64,000 nucleotides of DNA from Clostridia bacterium (lineage in GTDB: Bacteria; Bacillota; Clostridia; JAAYHZ01). A program made the translations under genes and the position numbers. The stretch's first letter is position 1. The number at the start of each line of letters is the position of its first letter. Of this stretch, positions 11,129 through 21,869 are shown piece after piece. The stretch spans positions 512,001 through 576,000 of the forward strand of contig JBMNIH010000004.1 in NCBI GenBank assembly GCA_050950825.1, read 5' to 3'. The notes under the pieces were generated by a model that searched no databases, was not told the origin of the DNA, and worked only from the letters and a program-made list of their open reading frames with translations.

Positions 11129-12322
11129 TTATCGCATGAAGCTCTCCGCTAAAAAGACGCCTTTTTCGTAGAAAATACCTGTTTTCGCTGCGTTTTCTTC
11201 CGTGAAAGGCAATGTGCCGTTACCGCAGTCTCCTTTTTTGTAAACGGTAAAGGGGACTGCGTCCCGTGTATGGGTTCTTACCGACAGGGGAGTAGGATGG
11301 TCCGCGAGAGCCATGATTTTAAAATCGTCGTATTGCTCCAGTTCGGCGAGAACCGGCCCTACGATTTTTTCGTCGATCAGCTCGATAGACCGAACCTTGT
11401 TCATGACTTCGTTTCGATGTCCGCACTCATCCGGAGCTTCGATATGGACGAAGACAAAATCATATCCGTTTCTCAATCCTTCAATGCAAGCTTTTGCTTT
11501 TCCGCTGTAATCGGTATTGAAATTTCCAGTAGCGCCTTTGACTTTAAGAACATCCATCCCTGCACAGACTCCGATACCCTGCACCAAGTCCACCGCTGCA
11601 ATTACGGCACCCTTCATTCCGTATTTGGATTCAAAGGAGGGCAATACGGTTTTTTTACCGGCTCCCCAGAACCAAACGGAATTGGCGGGATTCAAGCCCT
11701 TTTCCATACGGGCAAGATTCACGGGATGCTTCTTTAAAACGTCATGGCTTTCCTTCATAATCTTCAATGCCACGGGATCCGAAGGCAAATAATTCGTAAT
11801 TTTCTTTCCCGTAATATCATGAGGCGGCGTAAGCTGCATATTTGTCGGCCCGTTGCCCCAAACAAAAAGATGACGGTAGCTGATGCCCGGATAAAAACGC
11901 ATGTCCGATAAATTCAATTCTTCGTTCAAAGCTTTGATCAAGAAGGCGGCTTCTTCGGAGCTGATTTCATCCGCACAATAGTCGACCAGCGTCTTGTCTT
12001 CATAGATAGGTTCGTCCGATAAGGTGATAAGATTGCATCTGGCGGCGATATCCGTATCTTTTAAGGGAACCCCCATGCTGGCCGCTTCGATGGGAGATCG
12101 GCCGGTAAAATACTTTTCGGGATCGTACCCTAATACGCTTAAATTGGCTACGGCGCTGCCCGGAGCCAGACTGTCCGGAACGTTTTTTACCATTCCCCCC
12201 GTACCCTTTTGAAACATCTTATCCATATGGGGTGTTCTTGCATATTCGAGAGGAGTTTTATCGCAAAGAGCCGGGATGGGGTAATCCGCCATCCCGTCTA
12301 ACAATATAATTACATGTTTCAT
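11129..12322 (-). CDS. Cofactor-independent phosphoglycerate mutase (ApgM family)
   Basis: LDGMAD, TPLEYARTP, GSAVANLS, HIEAPDECGH and ADHPTP. Confidence 0.88.
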   Translation of the reverse strand: MKHVIILLDGMADYPIPALCDKTPLEYARTPHMDKMFQKGTGGMVKNVPDSLAPGSAVANLSVLGYDPEKYFTGRSPIEAASMGVPLKDTDIAARCNLITLSDEPIYEDKTLVDYCADEISSEEAAFLIKALNEELNLSDMRFYPGISYRHLFVWGNGPTNMQLTPPHDITGKKITNYLPSDPVALKIMKESHDVLKKHPVNLARMEKGLNPANSVWFWGAGKKTVLPSFESKYGMKGAVIAAVDLVQGIGVCAGMDVLKVKGATGNFNTDYSGKAKACIEGLRNGYDFVFVHIEAPDECGHRNEVMNKVRSIELIDEKIVGPVLAELEQYDDFKIMALADHPTPLSVRTHTRDAVPFTVYKKGDCGNGTLPFTEENAAKTGIFYEKGVFLAESFMR

Positions 12323-13197
12323 TAAGCGAGCTCCACCAACCTCTTCAAGTTGTTAAAACCGATTTCAATGGCACTGATGGTTTCTTCCATTCCTTCGAAT
12401 TCGATGGATAATGTTTTGTTGTATCCGTTCTTCTTCATGATACGGATGCATTGGAGGAGAGGAACATTACCGTGGCCGATGATCGCTCCTCTTAAGAAAT
12501 TACCGCCTCGGGACGTAAACCAGCCGGTGCCCGGATTCGGTTCCAAACCGGATTTCACATGGAAGTCCTTAGCATGGACATGGAATGCATAGGGCATTAA
12601 GCGTCCGATGGCATCGCAAGGATTTTCGTCTACGCACAAGAAGTTGCCGATATCCACTAACACACCGAAGTTCACGTGATTGACGCCGCAAATGAGTTTT
12701 TCCACGCGTTCGCTGTCTTGGCAGAAGAATCCGTGGTTTTCAACCATAGTCTTGATACCTTTTTCGGCGGCATATTCCGTTACGGCACGGCATCCTGCAA
12801 TCAAGCGAGGCAGTGCATCGTTGAAGCTTTTCGCCTGCTGCGGATAGTCGCTTTTGAATCCGGAAGTCGCATCGTGACGCATTCCGGGGCTGCCTAACAA
12901 TTCGGCGATATCCACTTCGCCTTTGACTCTTTCGATTTCCGCTTGCAAGTCACCGCCGGATCCGTTGATGAAGTCCGCTCCGATGGTGTAATTTCCAACT
13001 TCGATACCTACTTCTTCGCACTTTTCTTTGATTTTCGGTGCAAACGTTTTCAACGTTTCGCCTTCCGGTAATACAATGGTGGAAAATTCAATGACGTCAA
13101 AACCGATTTCCTTTGCTTTTACAATAGCGTCCAATGTGGTCATCTTTCCGGCACGAATCGGCCTGGAAAAGCTGTAGGAACTAACGCCAATTTTCAT
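12322..13197 (-). CDS. Sugar phosphate isomerase/epimerase (xylose-isomerase-like TIM barrel)
   Basis: ENHG, DIGNF, HVHAKD and SIEFEG metal-binding motifs. Confidence 0.85.
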   Translation of the reverse strand: MKIGVSSYSFSRPIRAGKMTTLDAIVKAKEIGFDVIEFSTIVLPEGETLKTFAPKIKEKCEEVGIEVGNYTIGADFINGSGGDLQAEIERVKGEVDIAELLGSPGMRHDATSGFKSDYPQQAKSFNDALPRLIAGCRAVTEYAAEKGIKTMVENHGFFCQDSERVEKLICGVNHVNFGVLVDIGNFLCVDENPCDAIGRLMPYAFHVHAKDFHVKSGLEPNPGTGWFTSRGGNFLRGAIIGHGNVPLLQCIRIMKKNGYNKTLSIEFEGMEETISAIEIGFNNLKRLVELA

Positions 13198-13209
13198 GTT
13201 CTTTACCTC

Positions 13210-14259
13210 CTAAAAACATATTTCTCTGCCTGTTTCGGCTGATTTGTAACCTGCTTCAATAATCTTTGTCACCATTAAGCCGTCTTCTCCCGGACTTTTG
13301 CAGGGGATCCCTAAGGTGACGCATTCGACAAAATGCTTGATTTCTCTTCGGAAACCTTCACGGAAATCGAATTGCGCTTTTTTTGCCGGAAGGATGTCCA
13401 CCATCCGTCCGGACATGGTTGTATAGAGTTCCACATCGGGTTCGATTTTCGCTCCGGCTTTATCGCCGAAAAGCTCGATTCGGCCCGAAGGCGACTTAAT
13501 GTTTAAGCAAAAGCTGGTATCAAGATAAAAGACGGCTCCGTTGTCATACTTGATGTATAGGGTGGCCATGTCCTCTACATTAAATATATCCGCTTTTCTT
13601 GTGCTTGAGATTTCTCCCGCATCCTTGAGATCGGGTTTTCCTAGCTTGTACGATACGGAACCGCTGACCGTTAAGGGTTTGGGATTCCCCATTAAATAGC
13701 GGCACAGGTCGATGCAGTGTACCCCAAGATCAATCAAAGGTCCTCCTCCGGACTTGGCCTTGTTTCCAAACCATCCTCCGGGGAAACCGTATCTTCTTAA
13801 GTAGGATGCCTTAACGTAATAAATATCGCCGAACAACCCTTGATTTTTTAAATCCATAATAAGGTCCGCATCGTCACCGAATCTTCTTACAAAGCCGATC
13901 ATTAAAACCTTGCCGGATTCTTTGGACGCATCCAGTATTTGCCGGGCTTGCTCCGATGTAATGGCCATGGGTTTTTCAAGCAAAACATGTTTTCCGGCTT
14001 TTAATGCGTTAATGGCAATTTCCGCATGCGCATCGTGACTTGTGCAGATGCTGACGACATCGACATCCGACTTTTCTAACAAGTCCCTGTGGTCCGTGTA
14101 TTGCTCGGGAATAGCGTATTTTTTACAAACATCATCCAATTTTTCCGAATCAATATCGCATCCGGATACAATATCAACATTTTTTAACTGCCGGTACCCG
14201 TCGATATGCATATGACTGATTCCGCCGGTACCGATAATACCCACTCTTAATTTTTCCAT
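13210..14259 (-). CDS. Gfo/Idh/MocA family oxidoreductase
   Basis: GIIGTGGI, HVLLEKP and GGGPLIDLGVH. Confidence 0.92.
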   Translation of the reverse strand: MEKLRVGIIGTGGISHMHIDGYRQLKNVDIVSGCDIDSEKLDDVCKKYAIPEQYTDHRDLLEKSDVDVVSICTSHDAHAEIAINALKAGKHVLLEKPMAITSEQARQILDASKESGKVLMIGFVRRFGDDADLIMDLKNQGLFGDIYYVKASYLRRYGFPGGWFGNKAKSGGGPLIDLGVHCIDLCRYLMGNPKPLTVSGSVSYKLGKPDLKDAGEISSTRKADIFNVEDMATLYIKYDNGAVFYLDTSFCLNIKSPSGRIELFGDKAGAKIEPDVELYTTMSGRMVDILPAKKAQFDFREGFRREIKHFVECVTLGIPCKSPGEDGLMVTKIIEAGYKSAETGREICF

Positions 14260-14297
14260 GACGAATTCCTCAACATTCAACAATCTTTCCGAAAGAC

Positions 14298-15143
14298 TCA
14301 GCGTCCGATCAGTTCCTTCAAGAATTGAACGGCTTTGCGAATATCTTTCTCCGGATCCGGGCCCACTTCTCTTTCAATGGTTAAGAATCCCTTGTATCCG
14401 GTTGATGCCAATGCTTTCAGATATTCCGGGAAATTCACGTCGCCTTCGCCTAAAGGAACTTCCTTAAATGCGGGAGGCATGTCTTTCGGTCTGGGAGCCA
14501 AACCGTATATGATTTCTCGGTCGGTTTTGTTCAGCATAATTCCGTCTTTTGCGTGGGTATGAACGATATAGTCTCCTAAAACCGTAGCGGCATCCTTCGC
14601 CGGCTCTCCGATTACCATCACGAGGTTGGCCGGATCGAAATTGACGCGTACACCGCGGCTATTCAAGCTGTCTAAGAATTTTTTAAGCAACGTTGAAGAT
14701 TCCGGGCCGGTTTCCACGGCGAAATAGGCGCCGATTTGGTCACCGTATTCTCCCAGCTGCTCGCATGCTTCCTGCATGGTTTTCCAACGGTCGCTTGTAT
14801 CGTCGTCGGGAACGGCGCCGATATGGGTAGTTACCACGTCGGTTTCCAAATCCTTCGCAAGGTCCATTACCTTTTTCGAATCTTCGATTCTTTTCGGATT
14901 CAAGGACGGATCGCAAAAGCCGGGATGTCCGAAATCGCCTACCAATGCGGAAACAACCAAGCCGTGAGATTTGATCATATCCAGCAATTCTTTTCTTTTT
15001 GCCGGGGTCAAATTGTCGGGATGCATTTCTCCGCGAGACGCATAAATCTGAATGCCTTCCGCGCCGACTTCGGCGGCTTTTTTAATGCCTTCCGGAATGC
15101 TTAATCTAAAAGAATTTACGATAACACCAATTTTAAAATCCAT
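14298..15143 (-). CDS. Sugar phosphate isomerase/epimerase (TIM barrel)
   Basis: ETGPE, NFDPAN, HTHAKD and TIERE. Confidence 0.85.
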   Translation of the reverse strand: MDFKIGVIVNSFRLSIPEGIKKAAEVGAEGIQIYASRGEMHPDNLTPAKRKELLDMIKSHGLVVSALVGDFGHPGFCDPSLNPKRIEDSKKVMDLAKDLETDVVTTHIGAVPDDDTSDRWKTMQEACEQLGEYGDQIGAYFAVETGPESSTLLKKFLDSLNSRGVRVNFDPANLVMVIGEPAKDAATVLGDYIVHTHAKDGIMLNKTDREIIYGLAPRPKDMPPAFKEVPLGEGDVNFPEYLKALASTGYKGFLTIEREVGPDPEKDIRKAVQFLKELIGR

Positions 15144-15284
15144 TGTCAAGACTCCCTTCGTATTTGTAAATTATTATACCACAGGAAACCTTGCCTGCAA
15201 GCGAATAAGCATATGGAAATAGCACTTAACATTTAAATATTATTGATATATAATGAAAAAGATCTTAGAACGGAGGTCGAAAAC

Positions 15285-16325
15285 ATGGATAAAAAGGTTA
15301 GAATCGGTTTGATAGGTGTTGGAAATATCGCTCAAAATGCTCACATTCCTGCCTATTTGAAGCAAAAGGATGTAGAGTTGGTGGCATGCTACGATATTAA
15401 AGCGGAAAGAGCAAAGGAAGTGGCGGCAAAATACGGCATGACGGCGGAAGATTCTCTGGAAGCTTTGGTAGCTCGGGACGATTTGGATGCGGTCAGTGTT
15501 TGCACATGGAACAATGGACATGCTCAAGCAACCATTGCGGCATTAAAAGCCGGCAAACACGTATTATGCGAAAAGCCCATGGCAATGAATCCTGCGGAAT
15601 GCGAAGCCATGATCGCCGCCCAAAAAGAAAGCGGCAAATTGCTCATGATGGGTTTTGTATATCGTTTTTCCGCTTCGGCGAAAGCTATTAAGGCCATGAC
15701 GGACGAAGGAAGATTCGGAAACATTTATCATGCACGTGCGGGAATTTTAAGAAGAAGAGGAACTCCCTTAGGATGGTTTACCGATCTGTCGAAATCCGGA
15801 GGCGGTCCCGTTATCGATATCGGTGTTCATGTTATCGATTTGACCTGGTATCTCATGGGCAAGCCGAAGCCTGTCAGTGTTTGCGCCCAAGTGCATAACC
15901 GAATCGGTGATTACAAAACAAAGGGCGTTAGCCGCTGGGAAGCTTTGGATAAGGATAATTTGGTATTTGAAACGGAAGACTCCGCTGCAGGTATCGTAAA
16001 ATTCGAAAACGACGTATCGATGATTTTTGAAGTCAGCTGGGCGATTAACGGCCAAGAAGAAGGAGTTACGGCAAAAATTTACGGAGATAAAGCCGGAGCA
16101 AGCTACAACCCGTGTAAAATCTACGGTGAAGAAGCCGGATATCTTTCCGATAACGACATTAATGCAGGCAGAGAGGATAACTTCTATAACGAAATTCGAC
16201 ACTTTATTGACTGCATAAAAGGAGACGCCCAATGCATCGCCACGGGAGAAGACGGCTTGGTCGTTCAAAAAATCTTAAACGGCATTTACCAATCTTCCGC
16301 CGAAAAGAGAGAAATCATTCTGTAA
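15285..16325 (+). CDS. Gfo/Idh/MocA family oxidoreductase
   Basis: GLIGVGNI, HVLCEKP and GGGPVIDIGVH; RBS GGAGG before ATG 15285. Confidence 0.92.
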   Translation: MDKKVRIGLIGVGNIAQNAHIPAYLKQKDVELVACYDIKAERAKEVAAKYGMTAEDSLEALVARDDLDAVSVCTWNNGHAQATIAALKAGKHVLCEKPMAMNPAECEAMIAAQKESGKLLMMGFVYRFSASAKAIKAMTDEGRFGNIYHARAGILRRRGTPLGWFTDLSKSGGGPVIDIGVHVIDLTWYLMGKPKPVSVCAQVHNRIGDYKTKGVSRWEALDKDNLVFETEDSAAGIVKFENDVSMIFEVSWAINGQEEGVTAKIYGDKAGASYNPCKIYGEEAGYLSDNDINAGREDNFYNEIRHFIDCIKGDAQCIATGEDGLVVQKILNGIYQSSAEKREIIL

Positions 16326-16367
16326 TTGTAATTTGAAAATTTGAACGATTGAAAAATATTGCAATAG

Positions 16368-16394
16368 AAATAGCCTGCTCACGCAGGCTATTTG
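16368..16394. terminator. Bidirectional terminator
   Basis: AAATAGCCTGC-tcac-GCAGGCTATTT. Confidence 0.65.
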
Positions 16395-16424
16395 ACTTAT
16401 AAAATGAATTTTTATCTTAATATA

Positions 16425-16676
16425 TTAACCTCTTAGCAAGCTTTCTCTTGCTACTCGGTTCCAAGCAGGTACTTGTGTTTCCACTCTTTTGTAAGAGCGA
16501 ACGACCAGTTTTTCCGATGCTTCCGTATATGCCTTAACGGCAGCCGTTATAACCGCTAATAATTCATCTTCCGACCCTTGGGGAGAAATCTCCTCAATTT
16601 CATAGGATACTTTTTTAATGCCGTCGTCTATAATGCTTTCGTCTTTTTTTCCGAATAATTTATCAAAAAAACCCAA
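16425..16676 (-). CDS. Small OadG/MmdD-like protein without a membrane anchor
   Basis: DELLAVITAAV...LVVRS.KR...W...AR resembles the C-terminus of decarboxylase gamma/delta subunits; GGAGG RBS with TTG start. Confidence 0.55.
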   Translation of the reverse strand: MGFFDKLFGKKDESIIDDGIKKVSYEIEEISPQGSEDELLAVITAAVKAYTEASEKLVVRSYKRVETQVPAWNRVARESLLRG

Positions 16677-16848
16677 CGTTTATTACCTCCTGCATTTCGA
16701 TACCAATGAAGAATGTTCTTCCAAATTGGCTTCTAAGTAAATTTATCACAACGACCGTGAATAGTCAATAACACAAAAAATCAAAGTTACTAGAATTTAC
16801 AACGGTATAAACATAAAAAAATGAGCAAACTATGAGCGGAGGTGAAAT

Positions 16849-17841
16849 ATGTTGAAAAAAACTTTCAAAACCGCGATTATAGGAGTAATCATAGCCGCGT
16901 TGGCATTAGCATTCATAGGATGCGATATTGAAAATCCTAATACTCCCGGAACGACAACAACCCCCGGAGTTACTACAACCCCTAGAATAACCGGAACGAC
17001 GAACAATACGACGGGAACCCCGGCGATAACCGGTACAACGACAAATAATACGACGACAGGAACCGGAACTCCTACGACTACCGGTACAAAAGGTAGAGCC
17101 GGCAACATGCCCGGGATGAGAAACGGCGCGAGAAACGGAGCTGACATAGGCGGGAGACTATTCGGCTCCGCTCCCGATTTATACCCCGGCGGTAATTTAT
17201 TTGATAACGGTTTAAACGGCAATAACGGGTATCCTTACGGAAATCCAACCGGACATTTCGTTAACGGTTATCCTAACGGAACCCATGGAAGCGACGGATA
17301 CAGCGAATATGCTTTCGGTTTCAACGGATATTGGAATGACGGAGATTTTCATGCTACCGATGGAGGGTATGTAGAAGATAACGTAAGAAAATACGGAAGT
17401 GCCGTCAGAAGGGGAAGAGCCAACGCACCCGGATCTCTCGGTTTTTTCGGAAATACGCCTAACCGAAATTTCGACCCGAATACCGTTATGAACAGGATTC
17501 AAGAAAACAATCGGCTTTGTAAGATTGCCGATGACATTAAAAGGGATGTCAAGGGAATGAAAGAGGTTCGGGATGCGGAAGTGTGCGTAACGGACGACAG
17601 CGTGTTTATCGGAATCAAACCGGGAATGTATGCCGGCAATCTCAATAATTTGAAAAACATCATTCAAGAAAAAGCGAAGAGCAAGTTCCCCCAAGCCGAA
17701 TACGTTCATATTACCGACGATAACTTGAATATGCAAACGATTCGACGCTCTTATGCGAAAATGAAAAACAGCAACATAGACGCAACCCGGCTCAACGAAA
17801 TGCTGCAAGTCGTAAGAGACGAAGCGTTATTGGAAAGATAG
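16849..17841 (+). CDS. YhcN/YlaJ-like sporulation lipoprotein
   Basis: Lipobox FIGC, Thr/Gly/Asn-rich linker and C-terminal IADDI...V.DA.V.VTD...GI domain. Confidence 0.65.
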   Translation: MLKKTFKTAIIGVIIAALALAFIGCDIENPNTPGTTTTPGVTTTPRITGTTNNTTGTPAITGTTTNNTTTGTGTPTTTGTKGRAGNMPGMRNGARNGADIGGRLFGSAPDLYPGGNLFDNGLNGNNGYPYGNPTGHFVNGYPNGTHGSDGYSEYAFGFNGYWNDGDFHATDGGYVEDNVRKYGSAVRRGRANAPGSLGFFGNTPNRNFDPNTVMNRIQENNRLCKIADDIKRDVKGMKEVRDAEVCVTDDSVFIGIKPGMYAGNLNNLKNIIQEKAKSKFPQAEYVHITDDNLNMQTIRRSYAKMKNSNIDATRLNEMLQVVRDEALLER

Positions 17842-18040
17842 CGAAGCATTTGTCCATGTATTTTCCTGAGGGCATTATGCCTGCGGAATTTTTTTTAGCC
17901 GTAAAAAAGCACCCGTCTTTTCGAGAGGTGCTTTTACGAACCGTCTTTAAAGAACGATTTCGTTCCTTTCGTCGGTGTTTCTTATAAAATCAAAAACCCG
18001 GCTCTGCTTTATACTCTTCAACCGATCCTTGTAGCTTTCT

Positions 18041-18990
18041 TCAAAGTTTCGTGAAAAACCTTCCTTCGAGTAAGTACCTGTATCGGCAAACATGGACGTA
18101 TATTGGCCGGGCTTCATATTGTCCGGTGCATTCGCATGCTTGCAGGCTTTTTAAGAGCGAAAATTGTTTTTTCTTTATTCTGCAATTTTCCGTATTCTTT
18201 GGCGATTTCCGTCCAAATCCGAAAGGGGTCCGCATGCTCGTATCCGTAATTTTCGTCATCCAAAAACAGAAGATACATTTTTTCTAACGTTTCGTATGCA
18301 AAGATCCGTTGTTCCGTCGTATAGTCTTTTGACATCATCATCCAATTAACGGAATGATTAATTAATACGATATAGTTAAAAATATTCTCTTGGGCAAACT
18401 TCCGCAATTCTTCACCTTCCAATACGTATTCTAATGTTGCGTTTTGTGTGCACCGGCAATTCGGTAATTTTTTGGCGTATTCGATTGTCTTCTCTTTATT
18501 ATTCTTGCGTGAATACGCATAAACAAGAGTTTCAATCGTTTTGTAGCGCTGCTCGTCATCGGTGCTTCTTTCCAAGATTCGAAGCACGATGTCAATGCAC
18601 TCGTCAAGATTTTCTTCTTTACCGTGTTTTTCGAATAGCAAAGCGTGGCAAAGTGCCGACATCAGGTCCAAGTTATAGGGAAATTCTTTTAACGCATCCC
18701 TCATTAACGCGATATTTCCTTCGATGCTGTTCTTTTTATATCGCTCCATATACGCATCTATCTTTTTTCTTTGCTCCATTTGGTCACAGCCTAAAAGCTC
18801 GTCAACGGTTTTTCCGTAATAGATGCTGTAGCCGGCAGCAAAGCGATATCGGGGTTCCTTTCGCCTCGTTCCCACTTTGATACGGCTTGTACGGATATAT
18901 TCAAATGATTTGCCAAATCCTCTTGGGTATTTCCTTTCTCCTTACGAAACTTACGCAAATTCTCGGCGATCTTGATATCCGTTTTTCACC
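18041..18990 (-). pseudogene. Frameshifted XRE-family HTH regulator with a TPR-like C-terminus
   Basis: IKIAENLRKFRKEKGNTQEDLANHLNISVQAVSKWERG is readable at ~18975-18865 but out of frame with ORF 18114-18875. Confidence 0.75.
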
Positions 18991-19103
18991 GCTCGCTTAA
19001 AAACAGTAACAAGCGCTTGTTCTATAAATATTCTAACAAATACATTTGCTTTTCCAAGAACCTTACAGGTCATATCTTGTAGAAAAAATCAACCGTCGGG
19101 TTA

Positions 19104-19143
19104 ATAAAAAAACTGCACGGCAGGCCGACCTGTCATGCAGTTT
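19104..19143 (-). terminator. Intrinsic terminator
   Basis: Minus strand AAACTGCATGACAGG-tcgg-CCTGCCGTGCAGTTTTTTT. Confidence 0.65.
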
Positions 19144-19220
19144 GCGATATGATTGATACGTTTGACGGGAGTCAGGAAAAATCAGTGGTTTTTTGGGAAA
19201 CCGTGTAAAGGAGAAAACAT

Positions 19221-19493
19221 CTATTTATCAAATACTGCGTTGATTACAATGGAACCGATAAAACCAAAGGCAATCACTTGGCCGCTGACCTCCAATGCGC
19301 TTTGGCATAAGAAAAGAAGATCGGGGTTGGGTGTTGATTTGGCAAACACGGCAATGCCGGCTATGGAAGGCACTGCAAGGAGTAAAAATAGACTTATGGC
19401 AACTTTTAAAATTGATTTTGAGACTTTACCCATGTTCATGAAGGACGTTTTAACCTCCATGACCGCTTTTTTTATATTCTCTTTATTCATCAT
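19221..19493 (-). CDS. Small membrane protein, hypothetical
   Basis: Two hydrophobic segments; GAGGGG RBS before ATG 19493. Confidence 0.55.
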   Translation of the reverse strand: MMNKENIKKAVMEVKTSFMNMGKVSKSILKVAISLFLLLAVPSIAGIAVFAKSTPNPDLLFLCQSALEVSGQVIAFGFIGSIVINAVFDK

Positions 19494-19807
19494 TTCAACC
19501 CCTCTCATTACATTAAAATAAAAGTAAAATAACATGTTTCCATGATACCGGCGGAATTTCCGAATTTCAATGCAAAATGTTTGGTACTGCTGCCATTTCG
19601 TACCCGGCGAAATCCCGTAAGCAGGGGGGAGGACCCCTTGAAAAAGCAAAAAAAGCTTAAATTAATACATGTATGCAATTATACATGAAAGACTTGTACT
19701 CAAAATTATTAAATTGTATAATATACCTGCCGTAAAGTATGAAATTTTTATTTCATGATACAGTATAATTAAATTCGGTTGATTATTTTATATGGGGGTA
19801 CTTATAA

Positions 19808-21067
19808 ATGAACAAACAATACAATCCGTACGAAGACATGCTCGAAGTACTGGATGAAGCTGCGAAATTGTTAGGATACGATGAACACGACTATATTACC
19901 GTTAAATATCCTGAAAGAGAATTGAAAGTGTCAATTCCCGTGAAAATGGATGACGGCACCATACAAGTATTCGAAGGTTATCGAGTACAGCATTCGGGTT
20001 TAAGAGGACCTTACAAAGGCGGTATCCGTTACCATGAACACGTTGATATGGATGAAACAAAAGCTTTGGCGGCTTGGATGACATTAAAATGCGCTGTGGC
20101 CAATGTTCCTTACGGCGGAGCGAAGGGTGCCGTAAGAGTGGATCCGTCGAAATTATCTCGTGGTGAATTGGAAAGATTGACCCGTGCATATACGGCTGCC
20201 ATCATGCCGATATTAGGACCGGAAATTGATATTCCCGCACCGGACGTAAACACCAACGCGGAAATCATGGGCTGGATCATGGACACCTACAGCAAATCGA
20301 AGGGTTACTCGGTACCGGGCGTTGTAACCGGAAAGCCCGTTGAATTAGGCGGATCCTTAGGAAGAGCAGCCGCTACCGGCCGCGGCGTTATGTATACCGC
20401 CCGCAATCTTATGAATGTTTTAGGCATGAAGCCGGAAGAAACAAAAGTAGCGGTCCAAGGTATGGGTAATGTGGGTGCGACATCCGCTTTATTAATGCAT
20501 CAATTAGGATGCAAGGTTGTCGCCGTAAGTGACGTTTCCGGCGGTATCATTTGCGAAGACGGATTGGATATTCCCGCAATCGTTGAGTTTATTAACCATA
20601 AAAGACGCTTGCTGAAGGATTATAAAAACGATAAGGTTCGTTTCATATCCAATGAAGAGGTCTTAACGGCCGATGTGGATATGTTGATTCCTGCGGCATT
20701 ACAGAACCAAATAACGGAACCCATTGCAAGAAAATTAAAGGCAAAGGTGATCGTAGAAGGTGCAAACGGTCCCACCACGGCGGATGCGGACAAGATCCTC
20801 AACGAAAGAGGAATCATTGCGGCTCCGGATATTTTGGCGAATGCCGGCGGCGTTATCGTTTCCTACTTTGAATGGGTACAAAACATTCAAAATCTCTACT
20901 GGGACGAAGATGAAGTTAACAGAAACTTGGAAAGAATCATGAACCGTGCTTTCGAAGAAGTGTATGCATTAAGCCAAGAAAAGAAGGTTTCCTTAAGACT
21001 GGCTGCAAACATGATTGCACTGAAGAGAATCGTAGCCGTACAAAAAATCAGAGGAATCTTTCCCTAA
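19808..21067 (+). CDS. Glu/Leu/Phe/Val dehydrogenase, probably glutamate dehydrogenase
   Basis: GPYKGGIRY, GGAKG, DIPAPDVNT, GMGNVG, EGANGP and ANAGGVIVSYFEW. Confidence 0.93.
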   Translation: MNKQYNPYEDMLEVLDEAAKLLGYDEHDYITVKYPERELKVSIPVKMDDGTIQVFEGYRVQHSGLRGPYKGGIRYHEHVDMDETKALAAWMTLKCAVANVPYGGAKGAVRVDPSKLSRGELERLTRAYTAAIMPILGPEIDIPAPDVNTNAEIMGWIMDTYSKSKGYSVPGVVTGKPVELGGSLGRAAATGRGVMYTARNLMNVLGMKPEETKVAVQGMGNVGATSALLMHQLGCKVVAVSDVSGGIICEDGLDIPAIVEFINHKRRLLKDYKNDKVRFISNEEVLTADVDMLIPAALQNQITEPIARKLKAKVIVEGANGPTTADADKILNERGIIAAPDILANAGGVIVSYFEWVQNIQNLYWDEDEVNRNLERIMNRAFEEVYALSQEKKVSLRLAANMIALKRIVAVQKIRGIFP

Positions 21068-21116
21068 TTCGGCTCAACCGGTTCGAAAAAATAACAATTA
21101 AGCAATTATTCGAAAC

Positions 21117-21147
21117 AAAAGAGGTGTGGAATGCACCTCTTTTTTTA
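21117..21147 (+). terminator. Intrinsic terminator
   Basis: AAAAGAGGTGT-ggaat-GCACCTCTTTTTTT. Confidence 0.75.
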
Positions 21148-21205
21148 CACCAAATTCCTGTTTATGCTATAATGGAGAAAAGCATTTTACGGGAGCGACA
21201 AAGAT

Positions 21206-21850
21206 ATGGACCAAGTAAAGAGAGTCATTGTGTCAATGTTAGGTAATGTGCCGGAGCTTTCTCCTTTGGTCGACGGCACTGTTTTATGTGCACAAATGAT
21301 CATCGATTGTTATAACAAAGGAAAAAAGGTTTTGTTATGCGGTAACGGCGGCAGCAGCGCCGACTGCGATCACATTGTCGGCGAATTAATGAAGGGCTTT
21401 ATGAAAAAAAGACCTTTGACAAAAGAGCAGGAGGATTTGTTAAAGGATCGATTCAAGGACCAATGGGAGAATGTCAAAGGGAAGCTGCAGCAAGGTCTTC
21501 CGGCGATTTCATTATGCGTCCACCACGGCCTTATAACCGCCTTTTGCAACGACGTGGATCCGGATTTGGTTTACGCCCAACAGGTTTTAGGATACGGAAA
21601 TGAGGAGGATGTTTTAATCGCCTTAAGCACCTCCGGAAATTCCGTAAACGTAGTCAACGCCGTGAAAACCGCAAAAGCGTTCGGATTAAAGGTTATCGGG
21701 TTTACGGGACGATCCGGAGGCATGCTAAAAGAGCTTTGCGATTTGTGCCTTTGTGCGCCTGCCGACGATACGTATCGAGTACAGGAATATCATCTGTCGA
21801 TCTACCACGCCGTGTGTGCGGCCGTAGAAGCGTACTTTTTTGAAAAATAA
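21206..21850 (+). CDS. gmhA: D-sedoheptulose-7-phosphate isomerase (SIS domain)
   Basis: CGNGGSSADCDH, LSTSGNS and QEYHL. Confidence 0.82.
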   Translation: MDQVKRVIVSMLGNVPELSPLVDGTVLCAQMIIDCYNKGKKVLLCGNGGSSADCDHIVGELMKGFMKKRPLTKEQEDLLKDRFKDQWENVKGKLQQGLPAISLCVHHGLITAFCNDVDPDLVYAQQVLGYGNEEDVLIALSTSGNSVNVVNAVKTAKAFGLKVIGFTGRSGGMLKELCDLCLCAPADDTYRVQEYHLSIYHAVCAAVEAYFFEK

Positions 21851-21869
21851 ATCGAAAGAGGTGTAATCA

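Noticed and set aside
16940-17090. Tandem DNA repeat
   Set aside because: Low-complexity Thr/Pro/Gly coding linker of the lipoprotein.
19500-19660. Structured RNA between the small membrane gene and the dehydrogenase
   Set aside because: A short GC-rich patch with no fold or motif I can support.
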